Below are positions 1 to 8,036 of a stretch of 13,430 nt of DNA, in pieces; positions within the stretch are counted from its first letter, which is position 1; the number at the start of each line of letters is the position of its first letter. Position numbers and translations under genes: made by a program. Source of the stretch: Bdellovibrionota bacterium (GTDB taxonomy: Bacteria; Bdellovibrionota_C; UBA2361; JBGSMV01); the NCBI GenBank assembly GCA_044356455.1, contig JBIKWF010000116.1:1-13430 (forward strand), in the 5' to 3' direction. The notes beneath the pieces were generated by a model that saw only the letters and a list, made by a program, of their open reading frames with translations, made no database searches and was not told the origin of the DNA.

Positions 1-820
1 TACGGTGGATTCCTGGAGTCAGTCGGCAACTCAAAGTTTCGTAGACGAACTCCTGCGCCTGGGCCAAGCACCTGCCTCAGTGGCACGTCGTCTTGCTACC
101 CTTAAGCATATGGGTCGTACCTTGGCGGAAAAAGTGCCTGGGTTTGTGAACCCCGCACGAGAGGTGAAGCCTCCCAAGTTCGAAGTGAGCAAGCCAAAGG
201 CACTTAAAGAAAGTGAGGTGCTTCAGGTAAAGCAGCGCGCCTCAGACCGCGTAGGTGAGAAGCGCTCCTATACGCGAGTAAGAAACGAAACAATTCTTCA
301 CCTGCTCCTTGATACGGGACTTCGCGCAGAGGAGCTGCGGCTTCTCAGGCGTGAGCAGCTAGACGAAGAAATTGAGTGGCTCTCCTCAGTCAGAACGAAG
401 GGACGCCGCTACAGGAATGTGTATGTAACGTCAGCAATGAGACCAAGGCTCAAGGCTTATCTCGAGGCGCGAGCTACCGAGCTGCGGCGTTTCTTCCCCA
501 AGCTCTCCTCTCTCACCGACAAGGCACTTCCACTCTTTATCAGTAGCTATAGGGCGAATCCGGCGAAGCCCGAGAGCTTCTTCATGGGAGCTAAGACGTT
601 GTGGCGAGCGGTACACGAATGCTCTGCGGAGTTGGATCTTCATCCGCACCTTTTGCGGCATTCGTTTGCCCTAGAATTGCTTGAGCACTCTGGGGATATT
701 CGGCTTGTCTCTCAGGCCTTGGGTCATGGTGATACCAAAGTGACGATGCGCTACACCGAACGACGAGGTGAAGAAGTTGCGCGGGCTTTGGAAAAGATGC
801 GAGTTAAGAAGGGGAAATAG
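1..820 (+). CDS. Tyrosine recombinase/integrase, XerC/XerD-like; probably 5'-truncated by the window edge
   Basis: Catalytic residues are visible: LLLDTGLRAEEL (Arg), RTKG (Lys), HPHLLRHSFA (HxxR), LGH and TMRYT (Tyr). The N-terminal 'PASVARRLATLK' resembles the SAM-like domain. The frame is open from position 2; stop TAG at 818-820. Confidence 0.92.
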   Translation, partial: TVDSWSQSATQSFVDELLRLGQAPASVARRLATLKHMGRTLAEKVPGFVNPAREVKPPKFEVSKPKALKESEVLQVKQRASDRVGEKRSYTRVRNETILHLLLDTGLRAEELRLLRREQLDEEIEWLSSVRTKGRRYRNVYVTSAMRPRLKAYLEARATELRRFFPKLSSLTDKALPLFISSYRANPAKPESFFMGAKTLWRAVHECSAELDLHPHLLRHSFALELLEHSGDIRLVSQALGHGDTKVTMRYTERRGEEVARALEKMRVKKGK

Positions 821-831
821 AAGATGCGGGA

Positions 832-2565
832 TTATCCTGCCTTTTTCATTTCTTGGCTGAGTGCGCGTTGCCGGTGAATATAAAATTCAAGTTCTTTGGC
901 ATTTTTCGGCTTCTGTTCTTCCCATCCAAGAGTAGTGCCTCGGAGCCGGAAAGGGTACGCCGAAAACCCTCCTTGGTTTGATTCTTGGAATGATACGTAG
1001 TGAAAGGGCGGATCGTCTAGAAAGAGTAGATGAGTCGACAGTTGCTGCTCGGGTTGGAGTACCTTTCCAAGAGAGGTGAATAGGTCAGCCTGCTGAAAGC
1101 TGCGCCGATCAATAACACCTCGCGGTATGTCCGGGCCAACGATGAGGAGAGGAACTCTCGCACTTGAAGCTTCTCCGAACTTAGCAATCTCTTGCAACTC
1201 GCGCGGCACGCGTTTGCGATGGTCTCCAAGAACGATTAAGAAACCATTTTCAAAAAAGCGATCTGCTTTCAGGCCCTCATAAAATTCCCCAAATTCGGTA
1301 TCAACGTAATTCCATACATTTGCTTGCACATCCCCGGGACGCTTGAGAGGATCGTGCCAGGGGAGGTGACTGCTCGCGGTGAAGATAGAGAGAAACAAGG
1401 GCTTCGATGTGCTCCTCTGAGTGCGTATTCTCTTCAGCGCCTCCTGATAGAGAACTCTATCGCTTGGGGAATCAAACGTGATGCGAGGTGCCTTTCGGAA
1501 AGCCTCCACTTCATCTCTTCCTGAGACAACTGAAAAGCCTGCGGCCGTGAGATAGTCCCCATAGTTCAAGAAGGAAGTGGGGAATGTGCTGAGCGCCTCA
1601 GTCTGGTAGCCCCGCGCTACCAGCATCTTCGGAATGGCCGGGAACGAGCGAAAGGACGTATACCAGTCCCCACTAGAACCAGGGAACGGCAACGGGACCA
1701 TCGCGTTGAAGAGCGCGATCATGGCCCCTTCCGACTGACGGGTGTTCGAAAAAAAATTGCTGAAGAGCAAACCTTCCTTGCTGATACGGTCAAACTGCGG
1801 CAGGGAATCCTTCATCCCTGAGAGCCTCATCGAATCAATATTTGAAAGGCTTTCAATTACAAGAAGAATGTAATTGCTGTCTCCGGGGAACAGATGGGGT
1901 TCGGGGATTGCGGGTGGCGTGCGGGCGAAGGCAGCAAGATCGTGTTCCGCGTATTCCGAACTTGCGTCCCCAGGATCGGAGGATTGAAGAAAACCAGTAA
2001 TGAGAGTGGAACGGTAAGGAAGCAAGAATGAGGGCGATAGAGAGAAATTCAACTTTGGTAGAAGCGCGCAGAGAGATATCACGACAACGGTGAAGGGCAG
2101 CGCGAACCTACCGGCAGGGATCCAAACTGCCCATGTCGCTACGAAGAGAGCAAGGCTTAGTGCATGCCAGGGGCGCACAAATGCAATTATGGATGAGCTC
2201 TCCCCAATAAATTTCTCAAGATGGGCCCACGTGAGTCGTTCGTCGATGGCGAAAAGGCAAACCGTATCAAGAAGGTAAAGGAACACGAGGGAGCCAAGAG
2301 CTGCAGTAGATGAGAGAAGCAAGGTTTTTCTTAGCGCGCTGGGACGAAGGGAGTCGGCAGCTAAGACAAAAAGAAGCGCGGTGAGGATTACGCCGAGAGT
2401 GGGGAGGTCGCCTATTGCAATGGCAACACTTTGAGAAAAAGGGGCTTCAGGACTAATGAAATGGCCAAGAAAGTAAGTTTTAACCCCAAGAATGAGGAAC
2501 GAAAAAAAACCCGTGATAGGGAATCTCCCCGTACTTTTCCTGGTGGCTGCCGCAGATTGAGACAA
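832..2565 (-). CDS. LTA synthase family / sulfatase-like (alkaline phosphatase superfamily) membrane protein
   Basis: About 5 hydrophobic N-terminal segments are followed by a soluble domain with ILLVIESLS, SSHLPW, 'NYVDTEFGEF', VLGDH and RVPLLI motifs typical of LtaS/MdoB-like enzymes. The TTG start is uncertain. Confidence 0.85.
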   Translation of the reverse strand: MSQSAAATRKSTGRFPITGFFSFLILGVKTYFLGHFISPEAPFSQSVAIAIGDLPTLGVILTALLFVLAADSLRPSALRKTLLLSSTAALGSLVFLYLLDTVCLFAIDERLTWAHLEKFIGESSSIIAFVRPWHALSLALFVATWAVWIPAGRFALPFTVVVISLCALLPKLNFSLSPSFLLPYRSTLITGFLQSSDPGDASSEYAEHDLAAFARTPPAIPEPHLFPGDSNYILLVIESLSNIDSMRLSGMKDSLPQFDRISKEGLLFSNFFSNTRQSEGAMIALFNAMVPLPFPGSSGDWYTSFRSFPAIPKMLVARGYQTEALSTFPTSFLNYGDYLTAAGFSVVSGRDEVEAFRKAPRITFDSPSDRVLYQEALKRIRTQRSTSKPLFLSIFTASSHLPWHDPLKRPGDVQANVWNYVDTEFGEFYEGLKADRFFENGFLIVLGDHRKRVPRELQEIAKFGEASSARVPLLIVGPDIPRGVIDRRSFQQADLFTSLGKVLQPEQQLSTHLLFLDDPPFHYVSFQESNQGGFSAYPFRLRGTTLGWEEQKPKNAKELEFYIHRQRALSQEMKKAG

Positions 2566-2720
2566 TTTCCAATTCCCTTCTGATACCGATCTGGCCTCTC
2601 CGTCTTCAACAAGAAACGCCGGGTGCTACCTTTGCCTCAGGCGAGAGGCCCTGCCATCTATGAAGATGAGTGGTTGCGTACCTTCACGCTACTGACTCCC
2701 GCACGCAAGATCTCAATTAG

Positions 2721-2850
2721 GGAACCTCTGAAAAACTCACCTCTGTGTACCTCTGAGTCCTCTGGGGTGAAATTTTCATGGAGAAATTCACCACAGAGGA
2801 CGCGGAGGTACACAGAGGTGTCTTATGAATGAAGGTTTTTCGGAGGTTCC
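2721..2850. mobile_element. MITE copy A (130 bp, 16-bp TIRs, TTAG direct repeats)
   Basis: GGAACCTCTGAAAAAC (2721-2736) and GTTTTTCGGAGGTTCC (2835-2850) are a 15/16 inverted match. TTAG flanks both sides (2717-2720, 2851-2854). There is a long internal hairpin at 2738-2820. Confidence 0.85.
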
Positions 2851-3092
2851 TTAGAGCTCACTTGATATACTGTCGGAATCGGTACTGCCGTTCTTTTTTA
2901 ACGGTCGGAATCATAGATGCCAGAAGTCGAGATCGCGATCTGGATGAAGGAGAGAATCCTTACGACGTTCTTCTGAGGGCATAGAAGGCAGAGCTAGAAA
3001 AGGGGAGATGCTGAGTAAGTATCTCTTTTGCCTTCGGGCTCGAGAAGCGTGCTTCTATCCGTGCTTCTCGAGCCCCCAACCTTTTGTGTGCG

Positions 3093-3572
3093 CTAGGCGA
3101 AGAGCAATCCTTGCTCTTCGCGGGTAGTCCGAGGGTCCAGAGAGTCGAGGGCACTCTTTAGGACCTCAAGGAAACCGCTGCCGCGGGAACGAGGAGGAAT
3201 GACTCCTCTCTTCCTGCGGTACCAGCGCTTCGCCTCCAGTCTCGCGTGGTTCGCAGTGAGGGCGCGTGTGACAGAGGTAAATACCCAGTCACGCTCGCTT
3301 TCACAGAGGGGGCCAGCCTCGTCACGATACCACGCGAGCCATCTTGAGAGGCACCAAGAGGTGTGTTGCTCCAGGAGGAGAGCCTCCAGGGCAGTGCGCC
3401 TCTCGGTGCGCAAAAAATCAAGCATTCCAGGAATGCCGGCCAGCACTCCCGGAAGAACGGCTCCGACCGGGGCACAACCCGGTCGGTCTTCGCGTCCATG
3501 CGCCATACTCGCTTCGGTCATCCTGACCCAAGCGTCGAGCTCTCCGAGCTCGAAGGTTCTTGCTGAACCCAT
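3093..3572 (-). CDS. Hypothetical protein (159 aa); start re-assigned to ATG 3572
   Basis: Same frame as the 3093..3602 ORF. AAGGAG (3585-3580) lies 7 nt upstream of ATG 3572. No family recognised. Ends in EEQGLLFA. Confidence 0.6.
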   Translation of the reverse strand: MGSARTFELGELDAWVRMTEASMAHGREDRPGCAPVGAVLPGVLAGIPGMLDFLRTERRTALEALLLEQHTSWCLSRWLAWYRDEAGPLCESERDWVFTSVTRALTANHARLEAKRWYRRKRGVIPPRSRGSGFLEVLKSALDSLDPRTTREEQGLLFA

Positions 3573-3899
3573 GGCGCTGCTCCTTTCCACTATCACCACC
3601 ACGGCGACAGTGCTCTCAGCTCCGCAAGTCAGCGGAGTTCAAAGCACTGGGTGGGGTGAAAAAACCTTACTACTCACTCAGCATCTCAGCTCACTCCGGC
3701 CAATAAAGCAGCGAGTCAGCTGAAGAGCTAAGCGGGGCAACTCTTGGCGCAGTATTACAGACCCGCGCCAGTTAGTCGCGTAGTTCGTCGCACTCTCAGA
3801 CTCGGCAGAATGGAGGGGGCAGTGCCAAGGAGGGCTCTTCCTCACAGGCCTTTAATGCTGCCATGCGGTGAGCGACTGCGGCTCGCATCTGAGCAATTT

Positions 3900-3943
3900 A
3901 GGTCCTATCGAGGACCTCTGACATAGCCACGGGCTCTTTTTTT
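3900..3943 (+). terminator. Possible intrinsic terminator on the + strand
   Basis: Perfect hairpin AGGTCCT-ATCG-AGGACCT (3900-3917), then AGCC-ACG-GGCT (3925-3935) followed by T7 (3937-3943). The final stem is only 4 bp. Confidence 0.4.
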
Positions 3944-4081
3944 CTGGTCATTTTCGTAGCCGTTTTAGAGAGTTAGCGCGCAACTTAGGCTCAGGTTCGG
4001 GACTATCCCATGTCACGAGATCCGCTACCCACTGAATAACCCTAGGGACTGAGTATTTAGAAGATTTCTCGGGAGGTGTGT

Positions 4082-4882
4082 ATGACCGAAGTTACTCTGG
4101 GCCGGTCTCCTGTAAGTGCCACCGGCACGGTTACTATTCCCTCTGCAAAGGAGATGATCGCTTCCGCTACCGCCGAGTTTCAAGCCCGCAGCAGTCAGGA
4201 TCGCCTTGATGAACTTAAGGCGTAAGAGAGCCGAATCATTAAACCAGGGGGAAAGGGTGCGCTTTTGGCCCTTGAAGAGTCTGGAGCAGCAGGCGACCCG
4301 GTTGCCAAGTTTTATTCTGGACTTATTCACCTGCGAGGAAAAGTGGTTGAGCGGAATGAGACTATTGCTGCTGATCGACTGAGGTCGGCTAAGGAACATA
4401 GAGTGGCTCTTCCTCAAGGGAGTCTTGCAGAGCTTGTAAACAGCCCAGCTCCGCAGATTGAAAGGTTAAGCAACCCCGAGCTGGCGGCTCTGCTTAACCG
4501 TGCCATGTTAGCAGCGCTTACCCCGTCCTCGCCACGCGGGGACGGTGCGCGTGACAATGCGCGAAAATTTTTAATTCGTGAAATTGAGAGTTCGGAGGAG
4601 GATGTCGCCTCTACTTTGCAAGCTGGAAGGGTTCCGAGTGCGTTACGTGATGCTGATTCCAAGGTGAAGACTTTGTGTGCAGCTCTCGCAGGCCTTACTC
4701 CAAGCGAAGCCAAAGCGTTCGTTGTCGATTTAGAACTAAGAACCCACCGCACGGTCGGAGCAAACAGTCCACCTTCGAACAAGCACGGAGAGCGGGATGT
4801 GGTGCTCCAAGAAACCGACGAACACATCCTAGAGCAAAGGGACGTGCTTGAGGGAACGAAAAGAGAGCGCCAGTTAGTTTGA
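4082..4882 (+). pseudogene. Hypothetical gene with one Sel1-like repeat, interrupted by an in-frame TAA at 4223-4225
   Basis: GGAGGT (4072-4077) precedes ATG 4082. MTEVTLG...DRLDELKA* continues in the same frame as ESRIIKPGGKGALLALEESG... into the 4265..4882 ORF, which has only a TTG start. The segment GDPVAKFYSGLIHLRGKVVERNETIAADRLRSA resembles a Sel1 repeat. Confidence 0.6.
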
Positions 4883-4943
4883 AGATCTCGCATTTATAGC
4901 GATAATTCCGCGGCAAGAACGCCTTTTGCCCCCCCAGTCGTAA

Positions 4944-5897
4944 TCACGAGGTGCTCTTTAGCGAGCTACTAAGCACGTTTAGGGCTCCAAACAAGCTCCG
5001 CTCAAATTCTGCTCGTGAAATGTGGGTTATCACCCTGATGTTTTCTGGCCCTTGCGCTTTGAGGCGAGAGTCGATTATGAGCATTCCCCGTGTCTGACGG
5101 CTTTCTGTCTCGATAGCTCCGCGCATGGGCTTCCCTTGTGTTCTCACTGGTCGCAATGCACAGAAGACCGCAAGTGGGTCATACATAATGGCGCCCCGAA
5201 TTCCCTCCTCCTTCCAATTTCCCTGCATATAGGGTCCTAGCAAATCGAGAATTGCTCTTCTCAGCTTGCCATTCTTGACTCGACCAAAGTCTTTCCGCCT
5301 GAGTGATATTGGATAACACGCATCGAGCGTCACGAGTCTAATTGGCACACCTGCAGTAAGCACCACCGCAGCTGCTTCGGGATCCACATAGAAATTGAAC
5401 TCCGAGAGCGGCCCCTTGTTTCCGGGCGCATGTACGGTGCCGCCAAGTATAACGAGCTCCTTAAACATTCTGAACCCTGAGGGGTCGAGCTTATAGGCCG
5501 CCGCCAAATTGGTAAGGGGAGCGAGAGCAATCAAAGTCACTTCTCCCGGAAGGGAGCGGGCAACTTGCGTGAGTTCCCTTGGGGCTTGCGCCCCTGCCCA
5601 TTTGCCTGCCGGCAGTCTTAGACTCCCAAGCCCGGACTCTCCATGCACTACTGACAGTTCAAGCCTGCGCCGAAGGGGCTTTGCACAGCCGGAAAAAAGA
5701 GGCACATCCGCTTGGCCAAGAAATGAAAGTACCGCGCTCGCATTTCTAGTGGTCGTGCTTACCGAGGCATTTCCTGCGCAGGTTGTGACCGCGACCACGT
5801 CAAGTTCTTTCGAGCCAAAGGCGTACATCAGAGCAAGGGCATCATCACAGCCCGGGTCACAGTCAATCACGACTTTCAAGGCTTTAGTGGTGCTCAT
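4944..5897 (-). CDS. Nucleoside hydrolase (inosine-uridine-preferring / Rih family)
   Basis: VVIDCDPGCDDALAL (DxDxxxDD Ca-binding motif), AGN, VHGESGLG, LAPLTNLA, SEFNFYVDPEAA, YDP and TRGM are present. GGGAGG SD at 5909-5904. ATGA overlap with the upstream stop. Confidence 0.95.
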   Translation of the reverse strand: MSTTKALKVVIDCDPGCDDALALMYAFGSKELDVVAVTTCAGNASVSTTTRNASAVLSFLGQADVPLFSGCAKPLRRRLELSVVHGESGLGSLRLPAGKWAGAQAPRELTQVARSLPGEVTLIALAPLTNLAAAYKLDPSGFRMFKELVILGGTVHAPGNKGPLSEFNFYVDPEAAAVVLTAGVPIRLVTLDACYPISLRRKDFGRVKNGKLRRAILDLLGPYMQGNWKEEGIRGAIMYDPLAVFCALRPVRTQGKPMRGAIETESRQTRGMLIIDSRLKAQGPENIRVITHISRAEFERSLFGALNVLSSSLKSTS

Positions 5898-7849
5898 AGC
5901 AGGCCTCCCATACTCCCAACTGTTGCTTGTTCTTCAATTACCACCCTGAGCGCGCTCAGCGTTCCAAGGAGGTACGGGAGTCGTGTGCGCAAAACGCCAG
6001 GTGTCTCGCTGAGCGGCACCCTAGAATTCGCAACTAAAATTGTTCTTTGCCGAGGTCCGGGAGAGACCAAGTCAGCGCGAGAATCGCCAATCATAGTGAT
6101 GTCGACGCCAACTCCCGCGAAGGCGTTGAGCACGGTTCCCTTCGCTTCATCCAGGGCAGCAATCGGGTGAATAGAAGCGTATCCGTAGAGTCCCGCATCC
6201 GGATTGATCTCGAGGGCACATCGAAGTCCGGCCAGATCGCGCAGTTCTGTTTCAAGAACTTGAAGGCTTGCAATAAACTCGCGGTCTCCAAAGATTGCTA
6301 CTGAGGCTTCGCGTCCGGCTCCAAACGAAAACCAGCGCCCTTGCAGTGGTGGTGCCGTCCCACCGAACTCTGTGGCCCACCTCTCGGGGAGCTCGTCGCG
6401 ATTCATCTGGGACGCATACACCCGTACTCTTTCCTTGAGCGCAGAAATATTTGTCAGCGTTCTTAGCGAAACTTTGCTTCCATCCTCGGTCCACAGCACG
6501 CTTCCCATCTCAGCGAGAATAGGTCCGCGAAGTCCCAATGATAGGGCAAGTTTTTTGAGTGGTTCGCTTGGGCTATCTGAGCACAAGCCGACAGCGATGT
6601 CCGAGCGCTGGGCTTCCGCAACGAGAGTTTTGAGCTCTTTGCTGAGAAGGGGATCGAGCGCCGATTCTCCTGGTGCGAAAAGTGTCCCGTTGACGTCAAG
6701 AAGAACTACTTGAGGGGGGAGCCCCACATTCGCCACAGCAGAGACGAGATTCGCTTCCTCTGGAGAACTGACAAGTTTCTCTGAAGTCATCCTGCTGATT
6801 GCTGATTTCAGCAGATCCGCCAGGCGAGTTTGCTCAGATACTCCAAGGATACAGGCCGCGTAGCGTGCGAATCCTTGGGTGCAGTCAGCGAGAGAGAGGG
6901 TGAGCCCCTCTTGTGCCTCAAGAACCTCGGCAAACTGCAGATTTGCTTTGAGCACAGCGACTGAGAACGAGACTGCGGCACTTTCCGGAATGCTTGCTCG
7001 GCTGGCGGGGTCGGCGAAGGGAAGACAGTAAGGGAGTTGACCGAGTGTTTCACCGGGCAAAGAAACCCAGGCTCCTCCCAGGCCGACCATGAAATCTGAC
7101 AAGTCGACAAGGTCCATGCTCTGAAGAGGATTGTTATTTGGGTCGCTGAAGCGAACTACTGAATCCGGTGCAAGATCGTCCAGCATTCCAACTTGAGTGA
7201 AGGCAGCCACCCTTTTCGGAGTGATGCCTACTTGTCTTAGAAGCGACGCCGCGCGGCGAATTGTTCCGCCCGTCACAATGTGATCATCCACCAAAGAGAT
7301 TTCTTTTCGCTCCTCCACACTTGATTGTCCAAGGAGCGCTTCAAGCTGAGTAGAAATAGGGGTTCCAAAACGCGGCGTGAATCCGATTCTTCGCTGCCCC
7401 GAGAGCGTAAAAAGCCGCGCGAAGTCCCAGAGTGGAATATTAAGTTCAGAGGCAAGCTCTGGAGAAAGAGAGATGCAAGACTCCTCTTGATTGCGGCAAG
7501 GAATTCTCGCTGCCAACTCAGCCTGGTCTAAGGTGAGAAGACGAAAGCGTGACTGCCGCTCTGATTGCTGGCTCCATTCCTTAGATTCGATAAATGCGCG
7601 TTGAAGAGCGATGGCGACAGAATTTCGAAGTTCAATCAGTCCTGGACTCACGGCTGCACGCGCACGAGAACTGGGGATACCAAGCCGCTTAGCAAGTCGC
7701 TCCCCGAGTCCGTTCGCAACTCCCGGGGCCTCGTCGATAAGCGCAAAAGTGAAGGATGCTCGCCGGAGATCGATATCTCGCTCACCGGCCCAGGTTTCTC
7801 CCACTGGGATAATCTGATTCTTAGGGTAGTTTTCGCTTTTTTGTGCCAC
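5894..7849 (-). CDS. Fusion protein: N-terminal type I phosphoribosyltransferase-like domain plus C-terminal HAD-superfamily (Cof/IIB-like) hydrolase domain
   Basis: ISLVDDHIVTGGTI matches the PRPP-binding loop. HAD motifs: I VVLLDVNGTL, II LCSD, 'PILAEMG' at the C2-cap junction, III AKG, IV MIGDSRAD. GTG start with a weak SD. Confidence 0.8.
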   Translation of the reverse strand: MAQKSENYPKNQIIPVGETWAGERDIDLRRASFTFALIDEAPGVANGLGERLAKRLGIPSSRARAAVSPGLIELRNSVAIALQRAFIESKEWSQQSERQSRFRLLTLDQAELAARIPCRNQEESCISLSPELASELNIPLWDFARLFTLSGQRRIGFTPRFGTPISTQLEALLGQSSVEERKEISLVDDHIVTGGTIRRAASLLRQVGITPKRVAAFTQVGMLDDLAPDSVVRFSDPNNNPLQSMDLVDLSDFMVGLGGAWVSLPGETLGQLPYCLPFADPASRASIPESAAVSFSVAVLKANLQFAEVLEAQEGLTLSLADCTQGFARYAACILGVSEQTRLADLLKSAISRMTSEKLVSSPEEANLVSAVANVGLPPQVVLLDVNGTLFAPGESALDPLLSKELKTLVAEAQRSDIAVGLCSDSPSEPLKKLALSLGLRGPILAEMGSVLWTEDGSKVSLRTLTNISALKERVRVYASQMNRDELPERWATEFGGTAPPLQGRWFSFGAGREASVAIFGDREFIASLQVLETELRDLAGLRCALEINPDAGLYGYASIHPIAALDEAKGTVLNAFAGVGVDITMIGDSRADLVSPGPRQRTILVANSRVPLSETPGVLRTRLPYLLGTLSALRVVIEEQATVGSMGGLL

Positions 7850-7910
7850 AAGATGATTCCAATCGAAGTGGCCCTAAGCGGTGTTTGTTTGTGCTAGTGG
7901 TGCGCGAGAC

Positions 7911-7940
7911 AACAAAAAACCGGCTCAAGGCCGGTTGTTT
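7911..7940 (-). terminator. Intrinsic terminator (attenuator) in the 5' leader of the PRTase-HAD gene
   Basis: The minus strand reads AAACAACCGGC-CTTGA-GCCGGTTTTTTGTT: a GC stem followed by U6, about 60 nt upstream of GTG 7849 and in the same orientation as the operon. Confidence 0.85.
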
Positions 7941-8036
7941 AAGAGAGTAAATCTAGAATTTCCAAATGCCAGGAACTTCCAAATGTAGTGCCCAAAAGTA
8001 ATGCAGTGACTGCACTAAACCGACCACACTGATGCT

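Noticed and set aside
1..840. Integrative element or prophage boundary at the recombinase
   Set aside because: No tRNA, att repeat, dif-like site or phage/conjugation genes are visible in the window; the upstream context is missing.
2623..2832. 69-aa ORF containing SPQRTRRYTE
   Set aside because: Largely a translation of MITE copy A, with a GTG start and no SD; a repeat artefact.
3199..3723. 174-aa + strand ORF (and other antisense ORFs such as 4414..4893, 5509..5949, 6372..6713, 11274..11657)
   Set aside because: Low-complexity Ser/Arg/Ala-rich shadows of better-supported genes on the opposite strand.
3740..3805. TPP-riboswitch-like words on the minus strand (CTGAGAG ... TAATAC)
   Set aside because: The ACCUGA and AGGGA elements and the P2/P3 pairing are missing, and no thiamine gene is nearby.
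3593..3943. tmRNA, RNase P RNA or 6S RNA as the identity of the structured region
   Set aside because: No tRNA-like T-arm/CCA end, no GAGGAAAGUCC motif and no symmetric central bubble were found.
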